From: an archaeon
GTDB lineage: Archaea > Asgardarchaeota > Thorarchaeia > Thorarchaeales > Thorarchaeaceae
Reading direction: 5' to 3'
Length of the DNA: 64,000 nt
Assembly: GCA_024276825.1 (NCBI GenBank)
Contig: JAJRWI010000053.1
Span: forward strand, 1 to 64,000
In this document: positions 47,844-58,259 of the stretch, one piece after another
Layout: every line of letters begins with the position of its first letter
Position numbering within the stretch: position 1 is the stretch's first letter
Program-made: the position numbers and the translations under genes
Notes under the pieces: generated by a model
The model's database searches: none
The model's input: only the letters and a program-made list of their open reading frames with translations
What the model was told of the DNA's origin: nothing

Positions 47844-48224
47844 ATGACTATAGAGAAAATTGCAATACCAATTGATAGTGATAATGGGCTAGAGAGCCCC
47901 ATTAGTGGCCATTTTGGACATACACAATATTTTCTAATTGCATCGTTAGAAGATGATGAGATTGTTGATGTTCAGACAATTCCGAATGTCCCGCACAGCA
48001 GTTGTGCCGGACCTGTAAACCTGCTCGCACAGAATGGTGTGAGTGTGCTTCTCACTAGTGGAATGGGAATGAGACCATTCATGATCTGTCAGCAGTTGGG
48101 CATCTCTGTAATAAGGACTAGTGATAATGTTGCTCACAAGGCAATAGAGAGATACATCAGAGGTGAGAGTCGAGCTCTTGGAGAGGAGGGCCTGTGTCAA
48201 GGCGGCGGTAGGCATCAACATTAG
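47844..48224 (+). CDS. NifB/NifX (FeMo-co) family protein
   Basis: KIAIP, SGHFG...YF, GMG.R; adjacent to DUF134. Confidence 0.88.
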   Translation: MTIEKIAIPIDSDNGLESPISGHFGHTQYFLIASLEDDEIVDVQTIPNVPHSSCAGPVNLLAQNGVSVLLTSGMGMRPFMICQQLGISVIRTSDNVAHKAIERYIRGESRALGEEGLCQGGGRHQH

Positions 48225-48237
48225 TGAGATGGACTCT

Positions 48238-48573
48238 TTATAGTCGCACCCATTGAGCATGTGGATGCCCATCGATATATATCACGGCTTGTTGATGGAC
48301 ATAACCCGCATCGATTGCCATCTGAACAGCATGTTTGCCAATGAGATTTACAATCGTTGCCTTTTTAAAATGAGTAAGACACTCTTCTAATCCCATCAGA
48401 GTGCCACCATAAAATTCCTCACTGATAACGAACTTTATCTCGCCCTTTGATAGAGTCTTTCCCAATAGGTTTTCATCACACAGAGCAACCATATAATGCG
48501 GCTTGTGATCATGAACCTTTACGTATACCCGATTTTGTTTTTGGCTCCCTGTAATAGTAATGACCCCACACAT
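48238..48573 (-). CDS. DUF424 protein (start uncertain)
   Basis: VALCDE.LLGK, FYGG, ATIVNL.G, G.PHAQ; follows aIF-2beta. Confidence 0.88.
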   Translation of the reverse strand: MCGVITITGSQKQNRVYVKVHDHKPHYMVALCDENLLGKTLSKGEIKFVISEEFYGGTLMGLEECLTHFKKATIVNLIGKHAVQMAIDAGYVHQQAVIYIDGHPHAQWVRL

Positions 48574-48601
48574 CTTTTTTGATAATGCCATGGAATCCAA
48601 T

Positions 48602-49015
48602 TTAGATCGGTCTGATTGATGTTTTTGCACCACAGGCAGAACAGGATAGATAGTATACCTGTTTCTCTTTGACTATTGAAGTGTCAGGTCTGGAACAGAC
48701 TGGACATTTGACATAAGAGTTGATGTATCGATTCAGTACCTCTTCCACTACATCGGGAGTGAATTTTCCCTGAAACACTGCAGTGCTTCCCTCAAAGGTA
48801 CCAGCTGTTGCTAACTGACCAGCAACAAACTTCATGACCTCTTTGCCAGGACGGTTGAGTACTGTGATTATCTCTTGAAAGTTCTGCCAAATGGTCCTGT
48901 TACCTTGTACCATTAATTGTACCTCTGGCACCTGAAATCGTTCTCCAGAACGGCGGAATGCATCATCTGGTACTTGAGCCCGTGCCCGATCCAGGAGACT
49001 CTCGTAATCGTCCAT
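48602..49015 (-). CDS. eif2b: Translation initiation factor aIF-2 beta
   Basis: YE.LLDRA, ERF..P, YV.CPVC..PDT, C.ACGA. Confidence 0.96.
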   Translation of the reverse strand: MDDYESLLDRARAQVPDDAFRRSGERFQVPEVQLMVQGNRTIWQNFQEIITVLNRPGKEVMKFVAGQLATAGTFEGSTAVFQGKFTPDVVEEVLNRYINSYVKCPVCSRPDTSIVKEKQVYYLSCSACGAKTSIRPI

Positions 49016-49065
49016 GATTCTTTCTCTCTCCCATATACTATTGAATCTTCTGCTCCGACTGATTA

Positions 49066-49764
49066 TTATCGAGATGATGGGACATATTTTCCTATTCCAA
49101 CTTCTTCTATTTCCTCACGGTCCTGTAGATCTAAGACCTTCATCTGGATGTCATCCTTCTCAAATCCGCGCTCCATGAAAAAGTCGATTATCTCGTCTAT
49201 AGACACTCCATTGACACTGCCGTGTTGCTTGATGAACTTCAATATCTGACGAATAAGAGGGCCAGAATATTCCGAGGGTTCAGATGTGCCAAGTTCTGAA
49301 ACTGCTGGTTCGGAGAGGGTCATCTGAGGCTCGCTGGCAGGAGAATAATGCACACCAGTCTGGGACAGAATTGTCTGATATCGCAATAGCAGATGGAGTG
49401 TCATGAGATTAGGGTCTGACACCTCCCGGATTATCTCAGGGTCCACATACACATCATCATTATATTGTTTGATTCGGCCGATTAGCAATACAAGCTTGTT
49501 GTTTTCGACTGCTGACAGTAAATCGACCTTGCGTCTATCAGTACTCCAAGCCTTTGCTTGTATTGTTTCAGTACCATCATCTAGTGTGATGCTTGCAAAT
49601 TCACCAGGCTTAGAATAGGTACGAACAACAAATGCAACAAACGCGGCTCTTCTTATTTGAACCCCAAATGGAGATATCACATATGAGCTATCTGGGTCTT
49701 TAATGAACTCACCATCAATAACGTCTGCAATTGATGCCCTGATTGCAGTCATTCTTTTCTTCAT
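49066..49764 (-). CDS. RPA32/RPA2-like ssDNA-binding subunit (OB fold + C-terminal winged helix)
   Basis: LDDGT.TI..K.W OB fold, DPN...LH, linker, WH-like end (IEEVG.G.Y). Confidence 0.8.
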   Translation of the reverse strand: MKKRMTAIRASIADVIDGEFIKDPDSSYVISPFGVQIRRAAFVAFVVRTYSKPGEFASITLDDGTETIQAKAWSTDRRKVDLLSAVENNKLVLLIGRIKQYNDDVYVDPEIIREVSDPNLMTLHLLLRYQTILSQTGVHYSPASEPQMTLSEPAVSELGTSEPSEYSGPLIRQILKFIKQHGSVNGVSIDEIIDFFMERGFEKDDIQMKVLDLQDREEIEEVGIGKYVPSSR

Positions 49765-49937
49765 GAAATATAACCACACTTGTTCTGAAGAGGTTGGGTC
49801 TTGACCACCCCATTCGGATTCTCTCTTTCATATTTTATATTTGTCATTAGGTCAGTAAACCAGCATGATTTCGTCTGACAGTCATGAATCATATGTGTTA
49901 TTAAACTTCTATAGAAGAATGCAGGAATGATTCAAGG

Positions 49938-50963
49938 TTAGAAGAACTCGCTGAGTGAACTCTGATACATTGACTTGTCAAAGGCATCAAGCAAACGTTG
50001 AGTCGCCCTGTTCACACGTTCTTCACCAAAATCATGTTGTGTGCAGAGAATATCAAATATAGTGTCAGGTTGTGGCTCGGGCCATTTGATGGGATCAATC
50101 TCAATAGTTGGTGGTTCTAGGAATATTTTTCGAATCTCATTGTATGGAAAATCAAGCACTATGCCCTTTTCAACCACTATTTTCTCAATAGATCCATATT
50201 GCTTCATCAGTTTCAGAGCCGTCTTTGGTCCAATCCCCTTGATTCGTGCATTATAGTCAGTTCCAATGAGAATTGCAATGTCAACCAATTGTTCACGGGT
50301 CAAGCCCAGCCTTTTCAGATTTGTTGTCAATTCTATGAGCTCTGGATGTATTGTCTTGTATGACCTTGATCTTGCTACTCTACGACGACCAGTAATAGAA
50401 AGATTTCGAACCATACGGGGGCAGTCATACAGCAGCGAGTCAAAGTCTTGACTTGCACTAGCCCAGACAATACCTTCCTTAGCCATCTGGGCAGCCAATG
50501 CCTCTCCTTCAGATGGGGCTTGAATCACAGGGATGCCCATGGCAGTGAGAAGTTCTTTGCTCTCCTGAATTATCTCATCAGTGAGCTTTGAGCTTGCTTG
50601 AGCAGCCCGGCGCGCATCCTCAATACGACCCTCCTCCAATGCAAGTTCCCACTTGGCCCGTGCGTCTTCACGTTTCTTGCGTCTTCTCTCAATCTCTTTG
50701 GATTTCAATTCATGGGGTTCACCATCGAACACGTAAACCAAACGTATTCCATGTTCAATTAGGTTGGTGTTTCGATAGAACAGACCACTTAGATGGCTTG
50801 TGAGGCGACCAGACCGATCCTTCAAAGGGGTACCATCAGGCTGTCTAATGATTGCTAAGAATTGATAGAGTGTGTTGAAAGCATCAATTGCAATAGACTT
50901 GTTATTCAGATCAGTCAATGAGATAACTTCTGATTCGATTATATCACCAAGTTGAGTTCCCAT
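49938..50963 (-). CDS. fen: Flap endonuclease 1
   Basis: MG, AIDA.N.LYQFL..IRQ.DG, EGEA, SQD.D, GTDY, PIP box QSSLSEFF. Confidence 0.97.
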   Translation of the reverse strand: MGTQLGDIIESEVISLTDLNNKSIAIDAFNTLYQFLAIIRQPDGTPLKDRSGRLTSHLSGLFYRNTNLIEHGIRLVYVFDGEPHELKSKEIERRRKKREDARAKWELALEEGRIEDARRAAQASSKLTDEIIQESKELLTAMGIPVIQAPSEGEALAAQMAKEGIVWASASQDFDSLLYDCPRMVRNLSITGRRRVARSRSYKTIHPELIELTTNLKRLGLTREQLVDIAILIGTDYNARIKGIGPKTALKLMKQYGSIEKIVVEKGIVLDFPYNEIRKIFLEPPTIEIDPIKWPEPQPDTIFDILCTQHDFGEERVNRATQRLLDAFDKSMYQSSLSEFF

Positions 50964-51126
50964 CAGCGTCACCTCTTGTCTGACAATATGATTCTAACAC
51001 AAATCGCATATAAATTGGCACGAAGAATAAGACTAGTTTCTGTTGTCCATCTACGCTTCGGTATCTTTATAATGGCTCATTAGTGGGCATGAGATGCTCC
51101 TAATCCACTTAGATTGGTGATTATCT

Positions 51127-51300
51127 GTGACAATTAAAGCAATTAGATGTACATCATGTCATTGTTCAATCTCGCCGCAGGAGAACAGTGTGAAGTTTCA
51201 ATGCCCCTCCTGTGGAGCATTTACCATCTGGCGATGTGAAAAGTGTAGACTGTTTTCTAACAAATATACATGCCAGAACTGTGGTTTCGAGGGGCCATAA
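51127..51300 (+). CDS. Small zinc-finger protein (DUF1610/HVO_2753-like; not in ORF track)
   Basis: CTSC..F.CPSCG...I.RC..CR.....Y.C..CGFEGP*; conserved position before EF-1beta. Confidence 0.9.
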   Translation: MTIKAIRCTSCHCSISPQENSVKFQCPSCGAFTIWRCEKCRLFSNKYTCQNCGFEGP

Positions 51301-51319
51301 ATTCAAAGAGGTGTATCAG

Positions 51320-51586
51320 TTGGCCAGAGTTATAATTACACTGAGGATTATGCCAGAGGATGTCGATGTTGACCTTGAGGAGCTAATTGAAAAGATTAAA
51401 GGAGCAGTGCCCGAGGGGACTGATGTAAGGGCCAATGAGATCGTACCAATTGCATTTGGTCTGAAGGCCATTAGGATGAATGTTGCAAGAGACGAGTCAC
51501 TTGGGGGCCCTAATGACATCGAGGCCGCTATCATGGCTATTGAAGGAGTGGCTCAGGTAGAAGTTGAGATGTTATCTAGAATGTGA
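51320..51586 (+). CDS. ef1b: Elongation factor 1-beta
   Basis: IMPE..DVDLE.L, PIAFGLKA; TTG start after GAGGTG. Confidence 0.93.
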   Translation: MARVIITLRIMPEDVDVDLEELIEKIKGAVPEGTDVRANEIVPIAFGLKAIRMNVARDESLGGPNDIEAAIMAIEGVAQVEVEMLSRM

Positions 51587-51808
51587 TGACTCTTACGCGC
51601 CAATTCTGCCCATTCTTGGACGATAATTAGATTAAAGGAAGCCTACATCACTGCAAGTCTAAAAAGTATTAAGCCATTTCGAAGACCTTAAAGACATTCA
51701 TACTGACAATAGTTCATTGTCAAAGAGGTTTTGAATCTTAAAGAAAACTACCAATAAATTCAAACTCACTCATAGACCAAATGGAAACATGGAGGCTGGT
51801 TTGAGGTA

Positions 51809-54001
51809 TTGACGGAAATTATTCTTAAGGTCGCAGAGGCCGAACATAGAGACATTGGAAGGTATATAGTCAGAATTGACACCATATCAATGGAGAAGCT
51901 TGGAGTCAGAACAGGCGATATTGTACAAATCAAGGGAAAGAGAACTACTGCTGCAATCGCATGGCCAGCATATCAAGGGGATAAGGGAAAGGACATCATC
52001 AGAATGGATGGTAGAATAAGAAGAAATGCAGGAGTCAGTCTTAGTGAGAAAGTCATAGTCACAAAAGCCAACGAGGACCCAGCAAGAAATATCACTCTGG
52101 CACCGACCTCTGTTCCAATCAAGCCAGAACCAAGGTTTGAAGAGTTTGTAAAGAGAAAGCTGCTCAATTGCCCAGTGACCCTTCATGATACTGTCTTCAT
52201 CCCCATTCTTGGCAGAGCAATTCCATTCAAGGTCACTTCTATCAAACCATCGGGAACTGTTGTTGTCCAGCATTCAACCATCCTGACTATTGCTGAGAAG
52301 GTCACTGGGGACATTGCAGGTACATCACAGGTCACATATGAAGAAATAGGTGGATTGTCGGAACAGATTCAGAGAATACGGGAGATGGTAGAACTCCCCA
52401 TGAGGCATCCCGAGCTTTTCAAGCGACTTGGAATTGATCCCCCACGTGGACTGATTCTTCATGGCCCACCCGGAACTGGGAAGACGCTCATGGCCAAAGC
52501 AGTCGCCAACGAGTCTGAGGCTCATTTTATACACATAAACGGACCGGAGATCATGTCAAAGTTCTATGGCGAGTCTGAACAAAAGTTGAGAAAGATCTTC
52601 GAAGACGCTGAGAACAACGCCCCAAGCATTCTCTTCATAGATGAGCTTGATGCTATTGCTCCCAAACGAGAGGATGTACAGGGTGAGGTTGAACGAAGAG
52701 TTGTGGCTCAACTGCTCGCAATCATGGATGGATTAAAGGGACGAGGAGAAGTAATTGTAATAGGAGCGACAAACCGAGTCAATGCCCTTGACCCAGCCCT
52801 CCGAAGGCCTGGCCGCTTTGATAGAGAGATTGAGATTGGAGTACCAGATGAGAAGGGAAGGTATGAAATCCTTCAGATTCACTCAAGAGGAATGCCTCTC
52901 ACAGCGGAAGGTAGTGGAAAGGTGGACTTGCAGCACTTGGCCAAGATAACACATGGGTTTGTTGGAGCAGACTTGCATGCATTATGTCGTGAGGCTGCAA
53001 TGAAAGCTCTTAGGCGGTATCTACCAGAGATCAATTTGGATGAGGAAGAGATACCTCAAGAGGTCCTCGAGAAACTAGAGGTCAACAATGATGATTTCTT
53101 AGGCGCCCTACGTGAGATACAGCCCTCGGCAATCAGAGAGGTCTTCATTGAGATTCCTGATGTTCACTGGGATGACATAGGCGGGCTTGAACAGGCAAAG
53201 CAAGAGCTCATTGAGGTTGTTGAATGGCCCCTAAGAAAACCTGAGGCATTCAAGAGAGTTGGAATCACACCCCCCAAAGGAGTTCTGATCTTCGGACCAC
53301 CTGGCTGTGGAAAAACCCTGATGGCCAGGGCGGTAGCCACCGAGAGCGAGGCCAACTTTATCAGCGTCAAGGGGCCAGAGCTATTGTCAAAGTGGGTTGG
53401 GGAGAGTGAGAAGGCCATTCGCGAGGTGTTTCGAAAGGCTCGTACCGCGGCCCCTGCCATGGTGTTCTTTGATGAGATTGATGCTATTGCCCCCATAAGA
53501 GGCCGAAGTATTGGCGACAGTCATGTCACTGAGAGAGTGATAAGTCAGCTGCTGACAGAGATGGATGGGCTCGAGTCAATGAAAGACGTTGTTGTTCTTG
53601 CAGCCACAAATCGGCCAGAACTTCTTGACAGAGCATTATTGCGAAGCGGAAGGTTTGATAGATTTGTCTATATTGCCCCACCTGATGCTGCCAGCAGGAA
53701 AGAGATATTCAAGATATACACCGCAAAAATGCCGCTTGCTGATGATGTCAACATCGATGAATTAGTACAAAAGACCGAATACTACGTTGGTGGAGATATT
53801 GAGGGGCTATGCAGGGAGGCAGGCATGCTTGCTCTTAGAGAGAGTCTTGATGCGGATATGGTATATATGCGACACTTTTTAGCTGCTTTGAAGTCTATTC
53901 ATCCATCAGTCACAAAAGAAGTGCTTCAACACTATGAGCGAATGAATGCCGAACTTAGACAGACCTCAGAGATAGGTTCTGAGAGACCAGGAGTGATCTA
54001 G
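51809..54001 (+). CDS. cdc48: Cdc48/VAT/p97 AAA+ ATPase
   Basis: N-domain plus two AAA modules ([16 protein letters not shown]; RPGRFDRE). Confidence 0.96.
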   Translation: MTEIILKVAEAEHRDIGRYIVRIDTISMEKLGVRTGDIVQIKGKRTTAAIAWPAYQGDKGKDIIRMDGRIRRNAGVSLSEKVIVTKANEDPARNITLAPTSVPIKPEPRFEEFVKRKLLNCPVTLHDTVFIPILGRAIPFKVTSIKPSGTVVVQHSTILTIAEKVTGDIAGTSQVTYEEIGGLSEQIQRIREMVELPMRHPELFKRLGIDPPRGLILHGPPGTGKTLMAKAVANESEAHFIHINGPEIMSKFYGESEQKLRKIFEDAENNAPSILFIDELDAIAPKREDVQGEVERRVVAQLLAIMDGLKGRGEVIVIGATNRVNALDPALRRPGRFDREIEIGVPDEKGRYEILQIHSRGMPLTAEGSGKVDLQHLAKITHGFVGADLHALCREAAMKALRRYLPEINLDEEEIPQEVLEKLEVNNDDFLGALREIQPSAIREVFIEIPDVHWDDIGGLEQAKQELIEVVEWPLRKPEAFKRVGITPPKGVLIFGPPGCGKTLMARAVATESEANFISVKGPELLSKWVGESEKAIREVFRKARTAAPAMVFFDEIDAIAPIRGRSIGDSHVTERVISQLLTEMDGLESMKDVVVLAATNRPELLDRALLRSGRFDRFVYIAPPDAASRKEIFKIYTAKMPLADDVNIDELVQKTEYYVGGDIEGLCREAGMLALRESLDADMVYMRHFLAALKSIHPSVTKEVLQHYERMNAELRQTSEIGSERPGVI

Positions 54002-54019
54002 TCGTTAGAGGTAATAACT

Positions 54020-54280
54020 ATGGCACCATGGAATGCATTACCATTGAGAAATGTGATAGTGTCCATTATTCAGAAAAGGCATGGCGTAATTCTTGATGAT
54101 GAGCTTGTTAGAATACTAAAAAAGCAGATGGGCTCTGAACCTAGTGACGCAGAGCTGAATCGGGCATTGATGCAACTGGAGATAAATGGAATTGTCCATG
54201 TGAGTCAGATCACAAAGACAAAAAGGCGTATCGAGGTAATAGAAGAGGGACTGGAATTCCTTGCAGTTGACGAGGACTGA
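54020..54280 (+). CDS. Small winged-helix-like protein
   Basis: 86 aa, S..ELNRALM.LEI.G.V.V pattern; GAGGT SD; follows cdc48. Confidence 0.7.
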   Translation: MAPWNALPLRNVIVSIIQKRHGVILDDELVRILKKQMGSEPSDAELNRALMQLEINGIVHVSQITKTKRRIEVIEEGLEFLAVDED

Positions 54281-54297
54281 GTAAGGGGCAGTCGGAT

Positions 54298-54759
54298 ATG
54301 CCGGGCAAAAGAGTGCTTGTAGCAGGTAAGTTTGACATTCTTCATTTAGGTCATATTGCATACCTCGAACAGGCGAGAGAGTTAGCAGGCGCAGATGGGG
54401 AGGTCATTGTGGTTATTGCAAGAGATAATACCATTTTGAAGGAGAGAGGTGCACCTCCAGTTTTCCCTGCCGAACAACGCAAGAAGATTGTAGAGTCTCT
54501 CAAGATGGTTGATAGAGCAATTGTTGGATATGACACAGATGACCAATCAAGAGTTGTGATTGATATCAAACCAGATATATTGGCATTGGGCTACGATCAA
54601 AAGGCCAACATAGAGAGGATTCAGGGCGAGTGCAAAAGGAGAGGACTGACAACTGAAATTGTCAGACTTGAGAAGAAAGATGCAGATGGTCTCTGCTCTT
54701 CAACATTGATCAGGAAGAGGATTATTGACTTCTATCGTGAGAATGGGACTGCAAGATGA
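54298..54759 (+). CDS. ribL: FAD synthetase RibL-like nucleotidyltransferase
   Basis: G.FDILH.GH, V.ARD, PD..ALGYDQ, SST.I. Confidence 0.82.
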   Translation: MPGKRVLVAGKFDILHLGHIAYLEQARELAGADGEVIVVIARDNTILKERGAPPVFPAEQRKKIVESLKMVDRAIVGYDTDDQSRVVIDIKPDILALGYDQKANIERIQGECKRRGLTTEIVRLEKKDADGLCSSTLIRKRIIDFYRENGTAR

Positions 54760-54765
54760 ACATTT

Positions 54766-56106
54766 TTAGAATATCAATTCACCCCGGGCTTCTGCCTCTT
54801 TGATCAATCGCATCTTTTGTTCTCTTCGCTCAAACAGTTTTTTCCAAATGACATAGGCAATGAATACAAGCACTGCCAGAAAGCCAAATCCCAGAATTGT
54901 CAGCCAGCCATGTGGGAAGTGTATCAGAAAGTCTGGGAGTGGGCCACTGATGAAGTATGGCCAGTTGCAGACAACTCCAAAGGCGTATAGGAAGCCAATC
55001 ACAGTCAGTTCTTTGAGATATCCAACTGCATGTTCATCCTTCTCAAAGAACATTATCATGGGTCCTAGCCAGAAAAGATACCAAGGCATGACCCATTGGA
55101 AAGCAAATAACATGGATGGCAATAGATAGACATACAATGGCTTCAAGAGGTTTATCTTTTCACGAAAGTTGGCAGACGTGAATTCGGCCTTCTTTGGAAA
55201 ATAGAGCGGGACAGTATATAGCATAAATGCTACATATATTGCCAGAGGTATCAATGCGGGAGCCCACATATATGATGATGTGGTGGGCGATACAGGGTCT
55301 GGAGTGCCAAAGAATAATCCGGGATACAGGGGATTCACTGGGTAGGGGGAGTATTCAGTTGAGTTTACGAAATGCCCCATCAGCGAGTTAAAGCTTGCAC
55401 CCAAGAATGCAAATGGGATAACTGTCAGTAGTGTGGAAACAAAGAACCAGAAAATGGAAATAGGTGCCTCAATGAATAGGAGAGGTAGGGCAACTGCAGA
55501 GTATATCTTTGTTTGTATTGACAGTCCAAGTACAAACATGGACTTACCCATCTGGCCCTCCTTTCTCAATACAAGTGCCATCAGGAACAGGCAGTCAACA
55601 ATGGGTTCTAACTTGCCACCGCCAGCGGACATGATCAACCCATATACATAGTATCCAGCAAAGAACATTCTTGCCCAGTTGGTAGTGTAAATCTTATCAC
55701 GGAGTAATATGGCTATCAATGCTAGGTTTAAGTTGAACACAAGAACGAGTATGAAATTGACCCATAGATGTTGCAGCCCATGCACGCCTGGAAACAGCCC
55801 TGTAGCTATTGCAAAGAATATCAGACCAAAGACGGGATACTCATAGGTTATGTTTCCCAGATATTCTGGAAGTGTGTGATAACCATCATTCCATTCACCA
55901 CCCATTGCCTGTGCGAGGTCGTGATCAGTCCAATTATAGACATTGAACCCATAGATCCAGAATGCCTCTCCGTACATCTCATTTCGGTTTCTATCACGCT
56001 CAATTACAAAAAAGTCGGCTATAGGGATTGCAAGCATAGATATTACTAGACTCAGCACGAAGTACTTTCGAAACTCGTATATCTTGAATGATATCGCACT
56101 GAGCAT
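54766..56106 (-). CDS. Multi-TM GT-C-fold-like glycosyltransferase
   Basis: Large first loop ending EYP, about 11 TM segments, K.Y and PWY..W motifs. Confidence 0.55.
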   Translation of the reverse strand: MLSAISFKIYEFRKYFVLSLVISMLAIPIADFFVIERDRNRNEMYGEAFWIYGFNVYNWTDHDLAQAMGGEWNDGYHTLPEYLGNITYEYPVFGLIFFAIATGLFPGVHGLQHLWVNFILVLVFNLNLALIAILLRDKIYTTNWARMFFAGYYVYGLIMSAGGGKLEPIVDCLFLMALVLRKEGQMGKSMFVLGLSIQTKIYSAVALPLLFIEAPISIFWFFVSTLLTVIPFAFLGASFNSLMGHFVNSTEYSPYPVNPLYPGLFFGTPDPVSPTTSSYMWAPALIPLAIYVAFMLYTVPLYFPKKAEFTSANFREKINLLKPLYVYLLPSMLFAFQWVMPWYLFWLGPMIMFFEKDEHAVGYLKELTVIGFLYAFGVVCNWPYFISGPLPDFLIHFPHGWLTILGFGFLAVLVFIAYVIWKKLFERREQKMRLIKEAEARGELIF

Positions 56107-56212
56107 GTTTCTTGCATCCCATATTTTTCTCAGATTGATTGGGCTTTATTCGACTGATGTCAGTAATTAAGCTTCTGGATGAAAATGATAATCAGCTGAT
56201 GTTTTTAGTGCT

Positions 56213-58180
56213 TTACTCAAGATATGTGGGGCAAGGCCAGCGGTCACACTTCAGACAACGAGTACATAACTCAGAATCCACTGCTATTTTGTTGTTATCA
56301 AGGGAGAGAGCATTCTGTGAGCACTTGGGAATACAGGAACCACATCCTTGACAGAATAGAGACCTTCTAACTGCATGTTCGATCTGTCCTGCAATCTTCT
56401 CAATCCTAGATGGGTCCTCGCCTCGAATCACTAGAGAACCAGAACTGAAGAGGATTATTGAATACCCATTGCCCTTGACTCTTATGGCGCCAAGTTCTTC
56501 AGACACCTTTGATTTGCCAAAGATATGCATAATATCAGCGATTCTAGTCAAGTCTAAGCCCATTGAGAATTGGCCCTCAAGACTGTAGGCAGCAGCCTTG
56601 CATGGGGAAACTCCCTTTGCAATAGACAGTTGCAGTTGACCTTCTACACCCTGTCGTACTGGGCGAATCTCCAGTCCAAGCTGAGCTGCTAGGTTCTGTT
56701 GGCCCCCAGGCAGATGTTTCCATCTCCAAAAGCCATAGTCAATCCATTCTTGAGGGAACTCATGGGATCTTGCCCATTCGGAGAGCGTGTTTATCCATCT
56801 ATTATACAGTTCTGGATGAGTATTCTGTATGCGCTCAATCTCAGCAAGGGGAGATGAAGGACACAGATAGCAACCCATGCGTGTATAGCCGCTGTTGTAT
56901 AGGGGGTTGTAAGCCTCGCCTTCTTTGAATATATACAGCCACACTTCCAGTGCATTCCAGTTTTGAATTGGGTTTGCAGAGAGCTGTCCCTGAACCCATG
57001 GATTTCTAGTCACTCTTGGTTCTATTGAGCGTTGGAATGACTCCAGCTTTCTCTGACCCATGAATGTGAGTACTTCTCCCCCAAGAATCTCAGCGATTGA
57101 TGCTGATGCAGGCCCAAGTTTGAGGACTTTGCAGCACCATCGAAAATCACGAGCAGGAGGGCCGAATTCTTGCAGGGAGTCCCAGAATTGGTCACCAGCA
57201 TCATAACCAATGATCTCAGCATCATGCTTCTCTGCAAATTCATAAACATGCTGAACGGTTTCGGGAAACTCAATGCCCGTGTTCATGAAGAATATCTTTG
57301 GACTTTCTTCAGTTGCCTTTTCTACAAGAAGGTACACAACAAGCGAGTCCTTGCCACCGCTGAAACCAACTACAACAGGCAGATTGTATCTATTGATCAA
57401 CCTCTTAATGAATCCAATGGATTCATCTTCTATCTTTTGAAGATGGTTTATATTCGCCTTTACTGCATCATCCCAACTCGCCAATCTTGGGTTTATTGAC
57501 GGCGGTCTTGGGGCATCCACTTCACGTATCTTGACTGCATATCCCTTCTCTTCACGAGCCATCTCACTGCCGCTCATCCTTGCAATTCCTACGCCAAATA
57601 CAGTCCCAGACGAGTCGATCAACCAGACCTCGTCATTCACCTGAATATCAGAGTCACAGCCAGCAATGCCAGGAACCATGAGGTTGACTCCCTTTTTCAA
57701 ATACGGCAGCACCTCATTGTGACAAGACACCCACTTTCGTTTACTGACTTGACTAAGTCTTCTTCCGCCCTCCAGCGAGAGAATGAACTTGTAATTTAGG
57801 GATTTAATATCATATCGAAGCTTGCCTATGATGTGTCCGTCCACCACCACTTCAAACATAACATCTAGGGAGGACACTTTGTTGAACACTATGGTCTTAT
57901 CATGTGGTAGGATGTGTTGCCCTATCCCTTGACCAAATTGTGAGTCAATTGCATCAACCGCTTTGGAAATGTGACCATACATGGCAGGAAACGGATCGCC
58001 GGGAGGTGAGAGTTCCACCTTTCGGGACTTTGAACCGCAGACAGCACATTGAGTTTCATCAACAAGAGGAACATTGCAATGGTCACACCAGTAGAGTCGT
58101 ATCCTTGCAAGATATGGAGCATGGCCTCTTCGGAACTTTCTACGACCTCTACCTTTTCGTGCCAGTTCTATCGACTCCAA
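56213..58180 (-). CDS. PAPS-reductase-family protein with zinc ribbon, PUA and ferredoxin domains
   Basis: WC..CNVP, PUA region, SGGKDS, WCCKV.K, R.GC..CP, two C-terminal ferredoxin-type Cys clusters. Confidence 0.88.
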   Translation of the reverse strand: MESIELARKGRGRRKFRRGHAPYLARIRLYWCDHCNVPLVDETQCAVCGSKSRKVELSPPGDPFPAMYGHISKAVDAIDSQFGQGIGQHILPHDKTIVFNKVSSLDVMFEVVVDGHIIGKLRYDIKSLNYKFILSLEGGRRLSQVSKRKWVSCHNEVLPYLKKGVNLMVPGIAGCDSDIQVNDEVWLIDSSGTVFGVGIARMSGSEMAREEKGYAVKIREVDAPRPPSINPRLASWDDAVKANINHLQKIEDESIGFIKRLINRYNLPVVVGFSGGKDSLVVYLLVEKATEESPKIFFMNTGIEFPETVQHVYEFAEKHDAEIIGYDAGDQFWDSLQEFGPPARDFRWCCKVLKLGPASASIAEILGGEVLTFMGQRKLESFQRSIEPRVTRNPWVQGQLSANPIQNWNALEVWLYIFKEGEAYNPLYNSGYTRMGCYLCPSSPLAEIERIQNTHPELYNRWINTLSEWARSHEFPQEWIDYGFWRWKHLPGGQQNLAAQLGLEIRPVRQGVEGQLQLSIAKGVSPCKAAAYSLEGQFSMGLDLTRIADIMHIFGKSKVSEELGAIRVKGNGYSIILFSSGSLVIRGEDPSRIEKIAGQIEHAVRRSLFCQGCGSCIPKCSQNALSLDNNKIAVDSELCTRCLKCDRWPCPTYLE

Positions 58181-58259
58181 TACGCTCTATGTGCCTGACT
58201 TGAAGTTGATTTAATAACTACGTCGATAGGACTGTAGGCCTTCAAGTTGTCTAGAAACA

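Noticed and set aside
51212-51319. N-terminal extension of EF-1beta in the ORF track
   Set aside because: Overlaps the zinc-finger gene 51127-51300; a better SD-backed TTG start is at 51320.
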